Below, in pieces: positions 1-13,059 of a stretch of DNA of 64,000 nt. The stretch comes from the human T2T-CHM13v2.0 reference genome, Homo sapiens. The stretch is taken from the NCBI RefSeq assembly GCF_009914755.1, contig NC_060933.1. One strand, written 5' to 3'. Numbering within the stretch: position 1 is the stretch's first letter; each line of letters begins with the position of its first letter. Below the pieces are notes generated by a model. The model was not told the origin of the DNA. It did no database searches and was given only the letters and a program-made list of their open reading frames with translations. Position numbers and translations under genes: made by a program.

Positions 1-1207
1 AAATTAAATCTGGTGCCTGCACAGGGAAGCCTCACCCAGGCATAGCTGCAGCACATGTGTTCTCAGACATGTTTTTACGTGAAGAAGAATTTAGAACCCA
101 AAAGCTTTGCCCCTCTAGGTGACTTTTTTTTCACTCTTTAGGCTTGGGCCATGTGGCAGTGGGCCTGGAACTCCTGTCACAGATGTGAGTTGTATACTAA
201 GTTACCTTCAAAATACTTGTGGACCCTGAAGGTTCCAACCCTACCCTGAAGGTTACACCTACTGTTGGATCTTCAAAGTCTCTTCCATGGGTCTTGCCTC
301 TCCTCACACTGGCTCCCCTCCACGTCAGGATAGAGGCACTGAGTTTGCCCAGAAATGTCCACCTCTCCCGGCTAATATCAAAGATCTCCCATTATGGTTG
401 GTTTAACTGAGAGAATTATTTTCCTTCATAGCCTTCCTAAATTCTTCATGGCAACATCACAGTCAGAAAATGCTTAAGCACTTTGTTTTCTAACCACCCT
501 GTTTGCAAATAAAAAGTTAGGTTGACATGACTTTCTCCTGGAACGTTCTTTACATTGCACTTTGCCCATGAGGAATGTTTTGAATCCCAGCAAATTAAGC
601 ACTTTTCAAACGTGGTGTTTAAAATAATAAAGAACTCTCCCCGGAACATTTAAGCAGGGCTGGAGGCTTTCCTGGCCAACACCTGTGATTTGCCAGCTGT
701 TGCCATGGAATTTGGCCATGGAGCTCAGTGTACTTTTCCTAACATTCGCTTGGCAGATGTCATTACATTAAGTAATACGTTTAAACTCCTAAAGAGAACC
801 ATTTCTTTCCCTTATGACTTGCTGGACAGGGAATGAAGTCATTTTCACATCCAGCAGAAAGAGACTTTTGCATTCATCAAAAATGTAATCAGACCCCTTA
901 AAATATGAGGCTGACTCTGTCCTCAGGCTGCTAAGGCTCCCCAGTTCAGAGCAGACACTATTTTGGAGTTCTGTGGAGGAGATGCCCTTAAAAAAAAAAA
1001 AGAACCCTCACCTGAAAGTTTAGTAGGGTGGTGTAGCTTTGCTGGGGAGCTGTTGCTCTCAGAAGTAAATGAGACTGTTTGAGGAGATGTTTTGCTGACG
1101 CTTGGAAGGCTGTGAGGAAATGTGTCATGGTGGTAATGGAATTATCACTGGCCTGTGCCTTTTTTTCACAAAGTCCTGGGATATTTTACACTGGGTCTCC
1201 ATGATAA

Positions 1208-1585
<378 letters not shown>

Positions 1586-1719
1586 AAATGTACTTTTTAA
1601 AACAATTATTGTCTCCTAAAAAGTGACACATTGATTCATTAGCAATTTTAGATTTAATGAACTTAAGAATTTATAATGGTAAATTCTACTAACTGCTAAA
1701 TTCTGCCCAATTTAGTTTC

Positions 1720-2170
1720 TATATTAAATGCATTTTCAAGGAAAATTACAAATATTTCTTCCTTTTTAACTTAGCAGATTTATTGTAAAGTTAATCTGGG
1801 AGAATATTTACAAAACCAGTAAAGATTTTGGAAAAGAAAATAATAAGGAAGCACTGGAGTTATCAGATATAAGAAAATAGTGCGAAACTATAGTACTTTG
1901 AAAAGCATGGTATGAAATAGATTACTTACTTGAAGTGTTCAGAAGCCATCTCTGAAAGCTATAGGCATTTAATGTATAACAAAGGTGACATTTCAGGTTA
2001 TTTAAAAAAGGATAGTTTATTAACTTTGTGGTATTGGGACAAAGCAAAGCTACTTAACACCATAAACAAACATAAATTCTAGGTAGATCAAAGATCTGAC
2101 TATGAAAAAGAAAGTGGAAAAAATAAGGAAAGACAGATAAAAGTTTCCACAACATTTGGATGTAGGTTTT
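1720..2170 (+). mobile_element. Old L1M(E) ORF2-region fragment
   Basis: A-rich sequence resembling L1 ORF2 3' part (e.g. CACCATAAACAAACATAAATTCTAGGTAGATCAAAGATCT); highly diverged, boundaries approximate. Confidence 0.55.
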
Positions 2171-3138
2171 ATATGTGTGCACATGTATGTATATGCATGT
2201 GTGTGCATGTGTGTGTGGGTACATGTGTGCATATGCATGTGTGGGTATGTATGTGTGGGTGCATGTGTGCAAATGTGTATGTGTGTGTAGGTGCATGTGT
2301 GGATATGCATGCATGTGAGGGTGGATGTGTGGATATGCATGTGTGTGTGGGTGGATGTGTGGATATGCATGTGTGTGTAGGTGGATGTGTGGATATGCAT
2401 GTGTGTGTAGGTGGATGTGTGGATATGCGATGCATGTGTGGGTGCATGTGTGGATATGCATGCATGTGAGGGTGGATGTGTGCACATGTGTGTATGTGTG
2501 TGTGGGTGCATGTGTGCACATATGTGCATATGCATTTTGTGGGGGGTGGGTGCAGGTGTGCCACGTGTGCATATGCATATGTGTATGTATGTGTGTGTAT
2601 GTGCATATGCATGTGTGCGTATGTATGTGTGTGTATGTGTGGTGTATGTGTACAATATGCATGTGTGTGGGTGGGTGCATGTGTGCACGTGTATGTATGT
2701 GTGGAGGTGCATGTGTGCACATGTGTGCGTATGTATTTGTTGGGGTGGGTGCATGTGTGCAAAAGTGTACATATGCATGTATGTGTATGTGTGTGGGTGC
2801 ATTGTGCTTATGCATCTGTGTGTATATGTGAGTGCATGTGCACATGTGTTTGTGTATGTGTGGGTGCATGTGTGCATATGCATGTGTGTGTATGTGTGGG
2901 TGCATGTGCACATATGCATGTGTGTGTATGCATAGGTGCTTGTGTGCAAATGCATGTCTGTGTACCTATTTGTGGGTGCGTGTGTGCATATGCATGTGTG
3001 TTGGGGTGCATGTGTGCATATGCATGTGTGTGTATTTGTTGGTGCATGTGCACATATGCATGTGTGTGTATGTATGTGTGGGTACATGTGTGTATATGCA
3101 TGTGAGTGTATGTAAGTGTGGGTGCATGTATGTACATG
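2171..3138. repeat. ~970-bp degenerate TG/TGCATG minisatellite (alternating purine-pyrimidine)
   Basis: Built from TGTG, TGCATG, CATATG and GGGTGC words; near-perfect 30-bp units GTGGATGTGTGGATATGCATGTGTGTGTRG at 2321-2410. Confidence 0.95.
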
Positions 3139-3149
3139 TCTTCCCCATC

Positions 3150-4105
3150 TTAGCCTCCATACTACTCTGAGAATGATATAAAAACCAAGCAGAAGCTTGT
3201 CTCTCCCTACTTGAAACCCTACAGTGCACTCACGCCGACTGCCTTAATATAATTGCACATTGAGCACTGCACCATGTCTGCAGCCCCAACTCTTATCAGT
3301 TTCCCACACATCCTCTATGCTTCACTTATACCAAAATCTCAGTTTCTGAACAAGCAACCAGCTCTTTTGCCTCTGTGCTTTGTACATGTAATTCCCTTTG
3401 TCTGAAATGCTCTTCTCTTCCTCCTTCAGTTGAATGCCTTCTATTCATCTTTTTAGCCTCAATCAAAACATCCTCTCCTCTGGGAATCCTCTGGTTATCC
3501 CAGGCAGGACTAGATTCGCCTCCATGATGTTACAGCATCAGAAGTATCTCAGCAGCGCACTTACTCAACTAGATTGGAATTGCTGGATTTTGAAAGTTTT
3601 ATTTTGATATACGGTAAAATTTTCTCATAGGAAACAATTTTTCTCATAGGATAGAAGGGTATAGAGTACTCAATAGAAGTTTACCTCTTCCCCATCCCAA
3701 CTTCCCTTCAGTCACATTTCCCAGAGTTAACCTCTATGAAGGTTTCTTACATCTCTTTTCTGAGATTATCTATAGGTATAGACAGAGATCTACCTTATCT
3801 CACCATCCTTTCCTCACACAGACAGAATCGTAGGGTATTTACTGTCCAACATTTTGCTCTTTTTACAATTATTATTTTTTAGTTGTTTTTCTTCCTGAGC
3901 TGTCACAGAGATATCGGCGTGAAAGGCAGCCCTCTCAGAGTTGATCAGCGCACATCCTACATCACTGTACAGTGCAGTCCTGCTGTCTCCCTCACTAAAT
4001 CGGAAGCTCTCTAAAGACAAAGACTATATCATTCTGTTGTTTCTATATAGTTGCTGCTACTATAATTCTTGGTATGTAGAACTTCCTGAGTGACCTGTAA
4101 ATGAC
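3150..4105 (+). mobile_element. L2 LINE 3' fragments (about 3150-3590 and 3980-4105)
   Basis: L2-type motifs such as CCTCTGTGCTTTGTACATGTAATTCCCTTTGTCTGAAATGCTCTTC and CTCCCTCACTAAATCGGAAGCTC. Confidence 0.55.
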
Positions 4106-4329
4106 AGAAAAATCTATAAATATGACACTTTATATTCCCTTGGCTACTAACATTCATGGTCATATAACATCCTCAGTTCTCTAATATTAACATAGCTCTG
4201 AATATATCCTAGAAGGGTAAATACTTTTCCAAGCCATAAGGGAAACAAGGTTGAATATTAAACCTAGTCCTCCTCTTAGTGATGTACTTGGATCTCTATT
4301 AGGTGGAAAAGGCTTTGGGATCAGTTACT

Positions 4330-4455
4330 CTAATCATTTATATCTGTGGCTTGATTTTACAGATAAGAACCTTAAAGCTCAGAGTGGTAAACTGTCCTGT
4401 CTAGGTCACGTTAGTGATGGAGCTGAGAATTCATTCTGGGATTTTGGACCCTGAG
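4330..4455 (-). mobile_element. MIR SINE fragment
   Basis: Antisense MIR core ATTTTACAGATAAGAACCTTAAAGCTCAGAGTGGTAAAC...AGGTCAC. Confidence 0.6.
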
Positions 4456-4604
4456 ACACACCTCCTGTCTCAGCCCCAGGAAGATGTCACATGGAAGGGC
4501 AGACTGAGCAGTAGATGTGTGAGCAAAACTTTGGGAAATGCTGGAAACTCCTTGGAGAACATAATGCTTCGTGACTGCATACTTAGGCTAGACCAGGAAT
4601 CCTG

Positions 4605-5170
4605 CTTTCTCACTCAGGATGCTTTGAGCTGCAGTAGAAGAAAGCCTTACCTAAATTGGTTTAAGCAAGAGGGGAGTCCATTGACTCTCTTCCCTGGAAA
4701 TCCAACTGTGGGCTGCACTTTGGGGTTTGTTTCATCCAGAGACCTTGGCTCATTTCTCTGAGATCCCCTTGGCTACATCCTGGTCGGCACATTAGCATCA
4801 TCACTGGGCTGGCCTCCCTTTCAATAGCAAAATGGCCATGGTTGGTTCAGGCTTCACATCTACACCCTGCTAATTCAAAGACAAAGAGAATGCTTCTGCC
4901 AAGCCTTCCCAGTGACAGTCTGAAAGTCACCTTAATTGTATCAGCTCAGGTGACATGTCCACCCCTCAACCAAAAATTGTGTCCAGGAGACTAGAGCACC
5001 GCTTCAGTCAACCATGCCCTTCTCCTGAAGCTTCCACCAAAACAGAGATGACATGGGCTGGGTAGAGGAGGGGCAGATGCAGGATGAGACCTCGGTACTG
5101 TTAGGAAGGGGAGGGGAGGGTGAAAATGAAATGAATGCAGGTAGGCAACCAACAAAGGCCATCCACAGTC
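4605..5170 (-). mobile_element. Old MaLR LTR (MLT1J/K-like)
   Basis: MLT1-type segments CAGGATGCTTTGAGCTGCAGTAGAAGAAAG, GCAAAATGGC and GGTGACATGTCCACCCCTCAACCAA; diverged. Confidence 0.55.
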
Positions 5171-5721
5171 CTCCCCTGTTATCTTTTCCTGCAAATGCAA
5201 GACCCGAGCTAGAGGCCTTCTTCACCCTATGAATTCCCAAGGCTCTCCAAAAGAACACTCACGTGTGGTCACAAACCAGTCTAATTGGCCCAACTGAGAT
5301 ACCTCGGGGTTTTTTCCATTTCCTTTTGTTCCTTCTGCCTATTCCATTTCTACTGGATACTGCCGTTTTGGCCATGCACTGCTAAAACTTCGATGAGGGA
5401 TTGCCAGGCCATGGTCTTCCCCTGGCACCACAGCCTTCTCTCATCAGAGCTCCCTGCGGATGTTCTACCCCAAAGAGAAGGAGAACATGCATTTGTTTTA
5501 CAATTTGTCAGAGAGGCCTCAGAGAATAGTTTCTTGTGCCCCAGTATCTCAGGGAGTTTTGGGGGAAACAATTCTTTCAAACTTTTTATTTAGAAAAAGA
5601 TTTAAAAGACAAATAGGAGATCACACACTTCACTAGACTAAACTGACCCTCCTCTCCTCTACAGTGCTCCAATCTTCATCACCAAGCCTGACTGGGCCGC
5701 CTGGATCCATCTTTCTTAGGA

Positions 5722-6200
5722 TAGGGGCTCATAACAGGGGCATCCATGAACTTGACTGAGAAAAAACATATATATCTCTACTTTTGACCTCTAGCTGAAA
5801 TTCAGCATTTCCTTCAATTATATGTGACCAGCAACAACTGTAAGAGCACTACCTGTGACTTTGTCACCAACAGAAATCTCAGATCTTTTCATATCCTATA
5901 CAATTGCTACAAATATCTGAAAACATTGGTTTTTGCTCTTCAGTACTTTGGAATTATAGTAGTAATTAACTCAGCACCAGATCTTGTTATTTAAAGAGTC
6001 AATAAAGAAGCACACATACTAAAATATATATTGAGTGTTTTAATAATATTTTGACAGATGCATTTTGATATAATTGATTGCCCAGGTTATCCTATGTATT
6101 TTTGCTAAATTCATATAAAAACACTATTTTGAGAAGTTACCCATAAGCTTCACCAGACTGCTAAAGGCATGCATGGGCTAGAGGTGATATGTCCCCAAAC
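5722..6200 (+). mobile_element. hAT-Charlie DNA transposon relic (Charlie4a-like)
   Basis: Matches recalled Charlie4a internal sequence CTGAAATTCAGCATTTCCTTCAATTAT...ACCTGTGACTTTGTCACCAACAGAAATC...GCTTCACCAGACTGCTAAAGG. Confidence 0.7.
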
Positions 6201-6839
6201 TTGGCATGACTTATTCCCTTAGTAGAGACATCACGGAACTGGCTTTTTACTTTCTGTGTTAATTTATTTCCATCAAGCATGTCTTCAGTGTTATAAATTT
6301 AGAATCTGATTATATTCCCTCCTTGCCCCTATATTTCACGTCTGCTCCCCCATGGGAAAAAAGCAGACAAGCTCCATCACTGTTCAAGGCTCACACTGTC
6401 CAGGGCCTCAGTTGCATCGCAGGGGCAGATGGGAGCATGGATACTTCGTACATGGGCCTTCATGGTGCTCTTCACACTCTGTGGTCCCAAATGAGCTTCT
6501 TTCTTCTTTTCAGTTAAAGATTAGGCAAAAATAATCAAATGCCCTAGTTTCCTTATAGCTGCAAATTGTTTTGAAAAATGCAATACAGACACCGCCCTCC
6601 CCCAGGACAATTTTCTTCTTCAAACCAAGAGTGGGAGAAAAATGTCATCTAAATGTAATCTAAAATGTTGATCTAATTACTGAACCCCCCAATATTTCAA
6701 AGGCTTCCAACATTTTACTTCTTTTTCCCTCTTGCTTACTGTCTATTACAGATTCTCAGGCCTGTTTCTGAAACCTCCCTCGCCTCACTCTGTCTCTCAG
6801 CCTTTCCACCGTCTGTTAGAGAGAATTTCAGAGTTCAAA

Positions 6840-7160
6840 TGAGAAAAAAATCACCACATCGACACGTCCAAATGCTTATCGCTGTCTTTGGCAGCATTTT
6901 TGTATAACAATTCAAGCTACGTTCTCCGTTTCGACCTCGAATCATTTATAAAGGCAGGTCTCTCCCTGACGACGCAGGGAGAGAATAGGCTGCCAGCGTG
7001 GGTGGTCTGGGGCTCAGGAGCCCAAACTCGGAGGGAACAGATGACATCATGGATTCACATGGCAGGTTTATGAAGCTGCAGTTCAGCTCTCCGGAGCAGT
7101 AGGCCCAAGTTGCTGCATTATCTCTGCTAGAGCATTCAACGCTGGACAGACACGGGACAG
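6840..7160. promoter_or_regulatory. CpG-retaining unique element, candidate cis-regulatory region
   Basis: 14 CpGs in ~295 bp of non-repeat DNA in an otherwise CpG-depleted window; contains a 10-bp-stem hairpin and TGACATCA/TTTATGA motifs. Confidence 0.35.
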
Positions 7161-7841
7161 GGAGAGTAGGAAATGATATTTTTTAACTTGACATTCAGGA
7201 AGATTTGAAGATTTACAAGCATTAGCAGGATACTTCTGAAGCTCTATACACTGGGGGAAGGGAGGCTGGGCTCATTGCACCCGAATGATTTTGCAAACCG
7301 GCACACCTACCCGTCCCTTTGCCTGTCTGATTTGCTAATTCTGTTTTTTTTTTCTTCCCCCTCCCAAAAAGACTGTTATTGGCCTTTTCTCAGACTTCTG
7401 TTAGGCATTCTGGGCTGGCACAGAGGATCACTGAACACCACTTTCTTCACGGGCCTGCAGGAATTTCAATCTGGGGTGAGGTTTATGCAAACACAAATTA
7501 AATCAGACATCCATGGAGTTTTCACCAGATTTCAAGGTTATCGGAAAACACCTGCCCTTCATAAGAGAATGTTCCTGAATCCTAGCCCAGGGACCCACTG
7601 AGCTTTCTGCTCATGGTAAGGAATCTGAGGTTACAGGCACGAGGCAGCGCTGCATGGGCTTCACGATGCATGTTGGCTGTGAAATGTAGGCATCAGTTCT
7701 GTGTATCTGATCTATTATAAGCAATTACTCTCCATTTCCTAGTTATGTGGTACTATTGTAATAACTAATATGTTAGATATTTTCTTCAGTAATAGCTATG
7801 GCTTTCCCCAGTAGCTAAATAATTACAGTTTTTAGCTATAA

Positions 7842-8625
<784 letters not shown>

Positions 8626-9204
8626 TGACGTTTTCTGACATCTTGCCCAAGGCATTTTTGTGGACATTACCTTTCCTTCCATCAATGCACCCTGTCGTGT
8701 TAAAGAACACAAGATATCTAAGTGTAAATGTCTGAAACTCACACGGCTTTCATCCGCAACTGCCCCAAAATTCAAAATAGGAGAGAGTCTTAGGAATGTC
8801 TGAAGATTTATGACTGTTTTTTAAAAGAGGGGGAAAATTGTCACCAGCAAAGGATAGCCTTGAGTTTCTTTTTCTGACCCTGCCATAGCCTTGGGAGCAG
8901 CTGCAAGGGGACTTGGTTGTCATAAAGAGGCCATGCAAGGATGCTACAGACAGCTGAGTCGCAAATGCGCCTGAGCCGCTGATCTTCGTGGGGTCCTGTA
9001 ATAAACACTCAGTTGTCCAACGAAAGGAGTCTGACTCCCACAGGGAAGTTGCCAAGAAAAATTGATCAGCCGATGGATTTTGCTTTTTGTAAACTCTGGC
9101 ACTTAGACATTTCCCTTTAACAGCGTTTGAGATGACTTTGCTAGGGCGGCAGCTGGAATGGGAATCAGATGGTGTCGGAATGGAGCGGGGTCAAGAGCCT
9201 GCAG

Positions 9205-9375
9205 AGCCCATGGAGACAAAAGACCTAGCTTCCAGTTCCAGCCACTCACAGGCTGTTGCTGGCACCTTCTCTCAGTCTCAGTTTCCTCACCTGGAAATGA
9301 ATGGAGAAGAATAGTATCTGCCTCCTGAGTCGATTTGAAAGGCTAAATGAGATAATGTACATGTAGAAGGATGTC
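9205..9375 (+). mobile_element. MIR SINE fragment
   Basis: TCTCAGTTTCCTCACCTGGAAATG...GGCTAAATGAGATAATGTACATGTAGAAG. Confidence 0.7.
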
Positions 9376-9389
9376 AGTGTTTAACCGGG

Positions 9390-9403
9390 GTTGCCATGGA
9401 AAC
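9390..9403. promoter_or_regulatory. RFX X-box motif GTTGCCATGGAAAC
   Basis: 13/14 match to the palindromic RFX consensus GTTGCCATGGCAAC; occupancy unknown. Confidence 0.5.
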
Positions 9404-10002
9404 AACAATGTCCCTGTGGTGGGGAGTTGCTTCTTTCCTTTGTCTGCTGCTTTGGAATGAGTGGGTCGCTGCCTCTCTCCTCTCTTTTTTTGGTGGCTAA
9501 TGACTTGGGATTTGGTTTTAACAGATTATAAGACCTAGTGACAATAGGGAATACAACCTTGGGATTGAGGATGAAGACAGTGTGTAAGGGGGGTTCCCTG
9601 GGGATGGAGGGTGGGGTGAAATAGTGTGGAGAAGAAGAACAATTCTGGGGTCAGGATGCCCAGGGTGGAATTCTGGGGGCCAGCCCCTGGCAGTGGGGCA
9701 GTGCCAGCTGAGATCATGGAGAGGAGGATCAGAGGGAGGGCTGCGATTTCATCTTACACTGTTACCTACTCTACACCATCAGAATAAACTGACTTTCCAA
9801 TGGACAGAGATGCCCAGCAGGCCTGCAGAACTGGTTCTGCTCCATCCTTGGGTGCCTGGTCCATGGTTAGCTTGAAGGGACCCTTGGATGCTAAATGAAG
9901 TGGTAGGATGAGCTTCCACCCTGGGCAAGGCCAAAGGCTGGGCTGAGCCAAGGAAGGACTGAACGTGACTGCTGAGTGGGGGCAGTGGTCTGTGAGCACT
10001 AC

Positions 10003-10364
10003 TGCTATAGGCTGAATGTTTTTCTTCCCCCAAAATTCATATGTTGAAATCCTAACCCCCAAGCAATGGCATTAGAAGGTGGGGCCTTTGAGACATGATC
10101 AGTCATGAGGATGCAGCTGTCATGAATGGGATTAGTGCCCTTATAAAAGAGACCCAGAGAGCTTCCTTCCTCCTTTTCCATGTGAGGAGACAGTAAGAAG
10201 CCTCCATCTGTGAACCAGGAAGTGAGCCCTCACCTGACATTGAATTTGCTGGCAACTTGACCTAGGACTTCCCAGCTTCCAGAACTGTGAGGGATAAATG
10301 ACTGTTGTTTATAAGCCACCCAGTCTATGGCAATTTGTTATAGCAACTTGAACGGACTGAGGCA
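10003..10364 (+). mobile_element. MaLR solo LTR (MLT1A0-like)
   Basis: TG...CA termini, ~360 bp; CCCCAAAATTCATATGTTGAAATCCTAACCCC and GGACTTCCCAGCTTCCAGAACTGTGAG hallmarks. Confidence 0.88.
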
Positions 10365-10973
10365 GCCACCTCACATGTGGATGCCCTTCACATGTGCTGG
10401 ACACTGAAGGAGGCTGTTACTACCATTTTCCCTGGTTGTTGAGAAAAACTTTCAATACAGCAGTTACAAACACAGCTTGGTGTTTTTGTTTTTTTTTTTA
10501 TTTAAATATTTTTCAACTGGCTACTAGAAAGTAGCTGTTTGAGGTAAAGCATCACCTAGATTCTCATAGAAATTTCTTTGCAATGCCATCATGCTCAGGG
10601 GTTTTCATCTTGAATATAGGAAGATGTTTGTTATTGCTTGCTTGAATATCTGTAGATGCCACTCAGATTTAACATTTCATTTCTTTGTCCTTTTTTAAAA
10701 TTCTAGATGAAAGATCCAATATCTTTATTTTTCCCCAGATTCCCGCTGGGAACAGGAGCCATTCATAAACTTCCTCTGAAAGGTAGTCCTCCTGCGTCAC
10801 CTCCTTCAGGACTCACAGCAAGTGTCCCAAGAGGACGGCAAGATGTGACGGTCAGATCACATGCCTTCCGTCTTGTCTTTCCAATCACCTTTCTTGGCAT
10901 TCTATAAATCATCCCTCCTGCAAAGCCAACACCTAGTTTCTAGATTAGGTGAGAAAATGATTATGCAAATTAG

Positions 10974-11760
10974 TGTCTTATCTATGGCTGCATAAAAAAT
11001 TACCCCAAACTTAGCAGCTCAAGACAACAAACATGTATTATGTTGCAGTTTTGCTTTGTTTTGAGATGGAGTCTTGCTCTGTCACCCAGGCTGGAGTGCA
11101 ATGGCACTTTAAACTCATGCTCTCAGCTCACCGCACTCTCTGCCTCCCAGGTTTAAGCAATTCTCTGCCTCAGCCTCCTGAGTAGCTAGGATTACAGGTG
11201 CATGCCACCATGCCTGGCTAATTTTTGTATTTTTAGTAGAGACAGGCTTTCACCATCTTAGCCAGGCTGGTCTTGAACTCTTGACCTTGGGATCCACCCA
11301 CTTCGGCCTCCCAAAGTGCTGGGATTACAGGTGTGAGCCACCGTGCCCAGCCTAAGTTGCAGTTTCTAAAACTCAGGAATCTGGAGGCAGCTGAGCTTGA
11401 TGATTCTGGTTCAGGTGTCTCCTGTGGGTGGAGATTGCTCAGCGAGGAGTCCCACTGCTTTGAATGGGATGTTGGCAGGTCTCAGCTCCTCATTGACTGC
11501 TGACATCAGCTCCTCACCACACGGGCCTTTCCATAGGCTGCCCAAATGTCCTCAAATGTGGCATCTTCCTCCACAGGGAGTGTTTCCAGAGAGAGCCCAA
11601 CGTGGAAATCACAGACTGTTTGAACCAAATCTCTGAAGGTAACCTGCCATCACTTTTCTGCATTCTATCAATCATGCAGACCAACCCTATGTGCTGTGGA
11701 AGGGGCTGCCCAGGGCATGAATACCAGGAGGCAGGGGTCATTGGAGGCCAGGGACCACTG
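10974..11760 (-). mobile_element. MaLR LTR (MLT1F/G-like) split by the Alu at 11049-11352
   Basis: AAATTACCCCAAACTTAGCAGCTCAAGACAACAAACAT before the Alu; continues CAGGAATCTGG...GGGCATGAATACCAGGAGGCAGGGGTCATTGG after it. Confidence 0.7.
11049..11352 (-). mobile_element. Alu SINE (AluS-like) carrying an 18-nt foreign patch
   Basis: Antisense dimer; TSD TA(T/A)GTTGCAGTTT; non-Alu segment at 11106-11123. Confidence 0.93.
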
Positions 11761-12439
11761 GTATAAAGTCTTTCACATTTTTAATATTGGTTCTCCTCAA
11801 CACACACACACACCCTTCTTGCTTGCTTGCCACTAAAACTTAATTTGTCAGGCTTTAAAAGGGTCATCATATTCAGATATATTGGCCACTTTTTTTTCCC
11901 TACTGGAAACTTTAAACTCATGCTCTGTAATTGTATGTTTATTTAGCAAACAATGATGATGTGGCAGACATAAAATTAAAAACCAGGGTGGCAACCAAGG
12001 CCCAAGCACGACAGCCTATTTGGGTGTTGACAGGCATGTGTTTTGCATCCCATGAGCATATGATTATCCATAGCTTCCATGGGAAATTGCACAATGGCCA
12101 TTGCTCCTAACAACCTCTCCCTTCCCTGGAGCCCCCTGTCTGGTGGAGGACATTGCTGAGGGCTATGGTAAAGGGAGCCATGGAGGAATAAAAGGGGGCA
12201 ACACTGTCTACCGGGTAAACCAGGGGGCTTCCGACAGTGGGGAACAGCTTGAGCAATTCCCTTGTATGTCTCCCCACAGAACAATGCCTGAAAAGTGCAA
12301 TGATTTTTCTCAGAGTGACTCTTCATTTCAGAGGGAATTTTAGACTAAATAATCTTTCTTACAGTTTAGGGTCAAATTCACTTTGCAACTCTCTTTCCAT
12401 TTATGCTTCCCCTCAACCATGTCTCATAAAAGCAGGCTC

Positions 12440-12740
<301 letters not shown>

Positions 12741-13059
12741 GCATGCTCAACGCTATACCCCAGGAAATGATATAGTCCCACATACTTGCTTTACTTCACA
12801 CTCAACATCCTGAACTCATTTTCTTTAAAACTTTCCTTCCTGCCACTTATCTCCATGCTCATGCCCTGGTTTGGTGACAGATTCTCCAAGTCAATCTGGG
12901 TTTGCATCTGGCAAAGAAGGCACAGTGAGGACACCCATCACTCCAGAGTGAGTTTTAACCCATAACAAAGGAAATTCAGCTAAGTTACCTAGATTGTCTT
13001 TTTCACTCATCTTTTTCTTGATATTTCTCTCCCCTCTCCTTATTCTGCTCTTGTAGCAG

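Noticed and set aside
223-254. Short tandem duplications (also about 3618-3651, 19550-19585, 32591-32632 and 63860-63884)
   Set aside because: 12-20 bp slippage duplications are commonplace
2321-2410. Regular 30-bp repeats suggesting a CRISPR-like array
   Set aside because: Head-to-tail units with no unique spacers, no cas genes, primate context
2050-3229. Long His/Thr- and Cys/Val/Met-rich ORFs (up to 345 aa) on both strands
   Set aside because: They overlap in multiple frames on both strands of a stop-poor TG/CA minisatellite; artefact of low complexity
6959-6984. Hairpin resembling an intrinsic terminator or pre-miRNA
   Set aside because: Eukaryotic DNA, no U-tract, and a 10-bp stem is too short for a miRNA precursor
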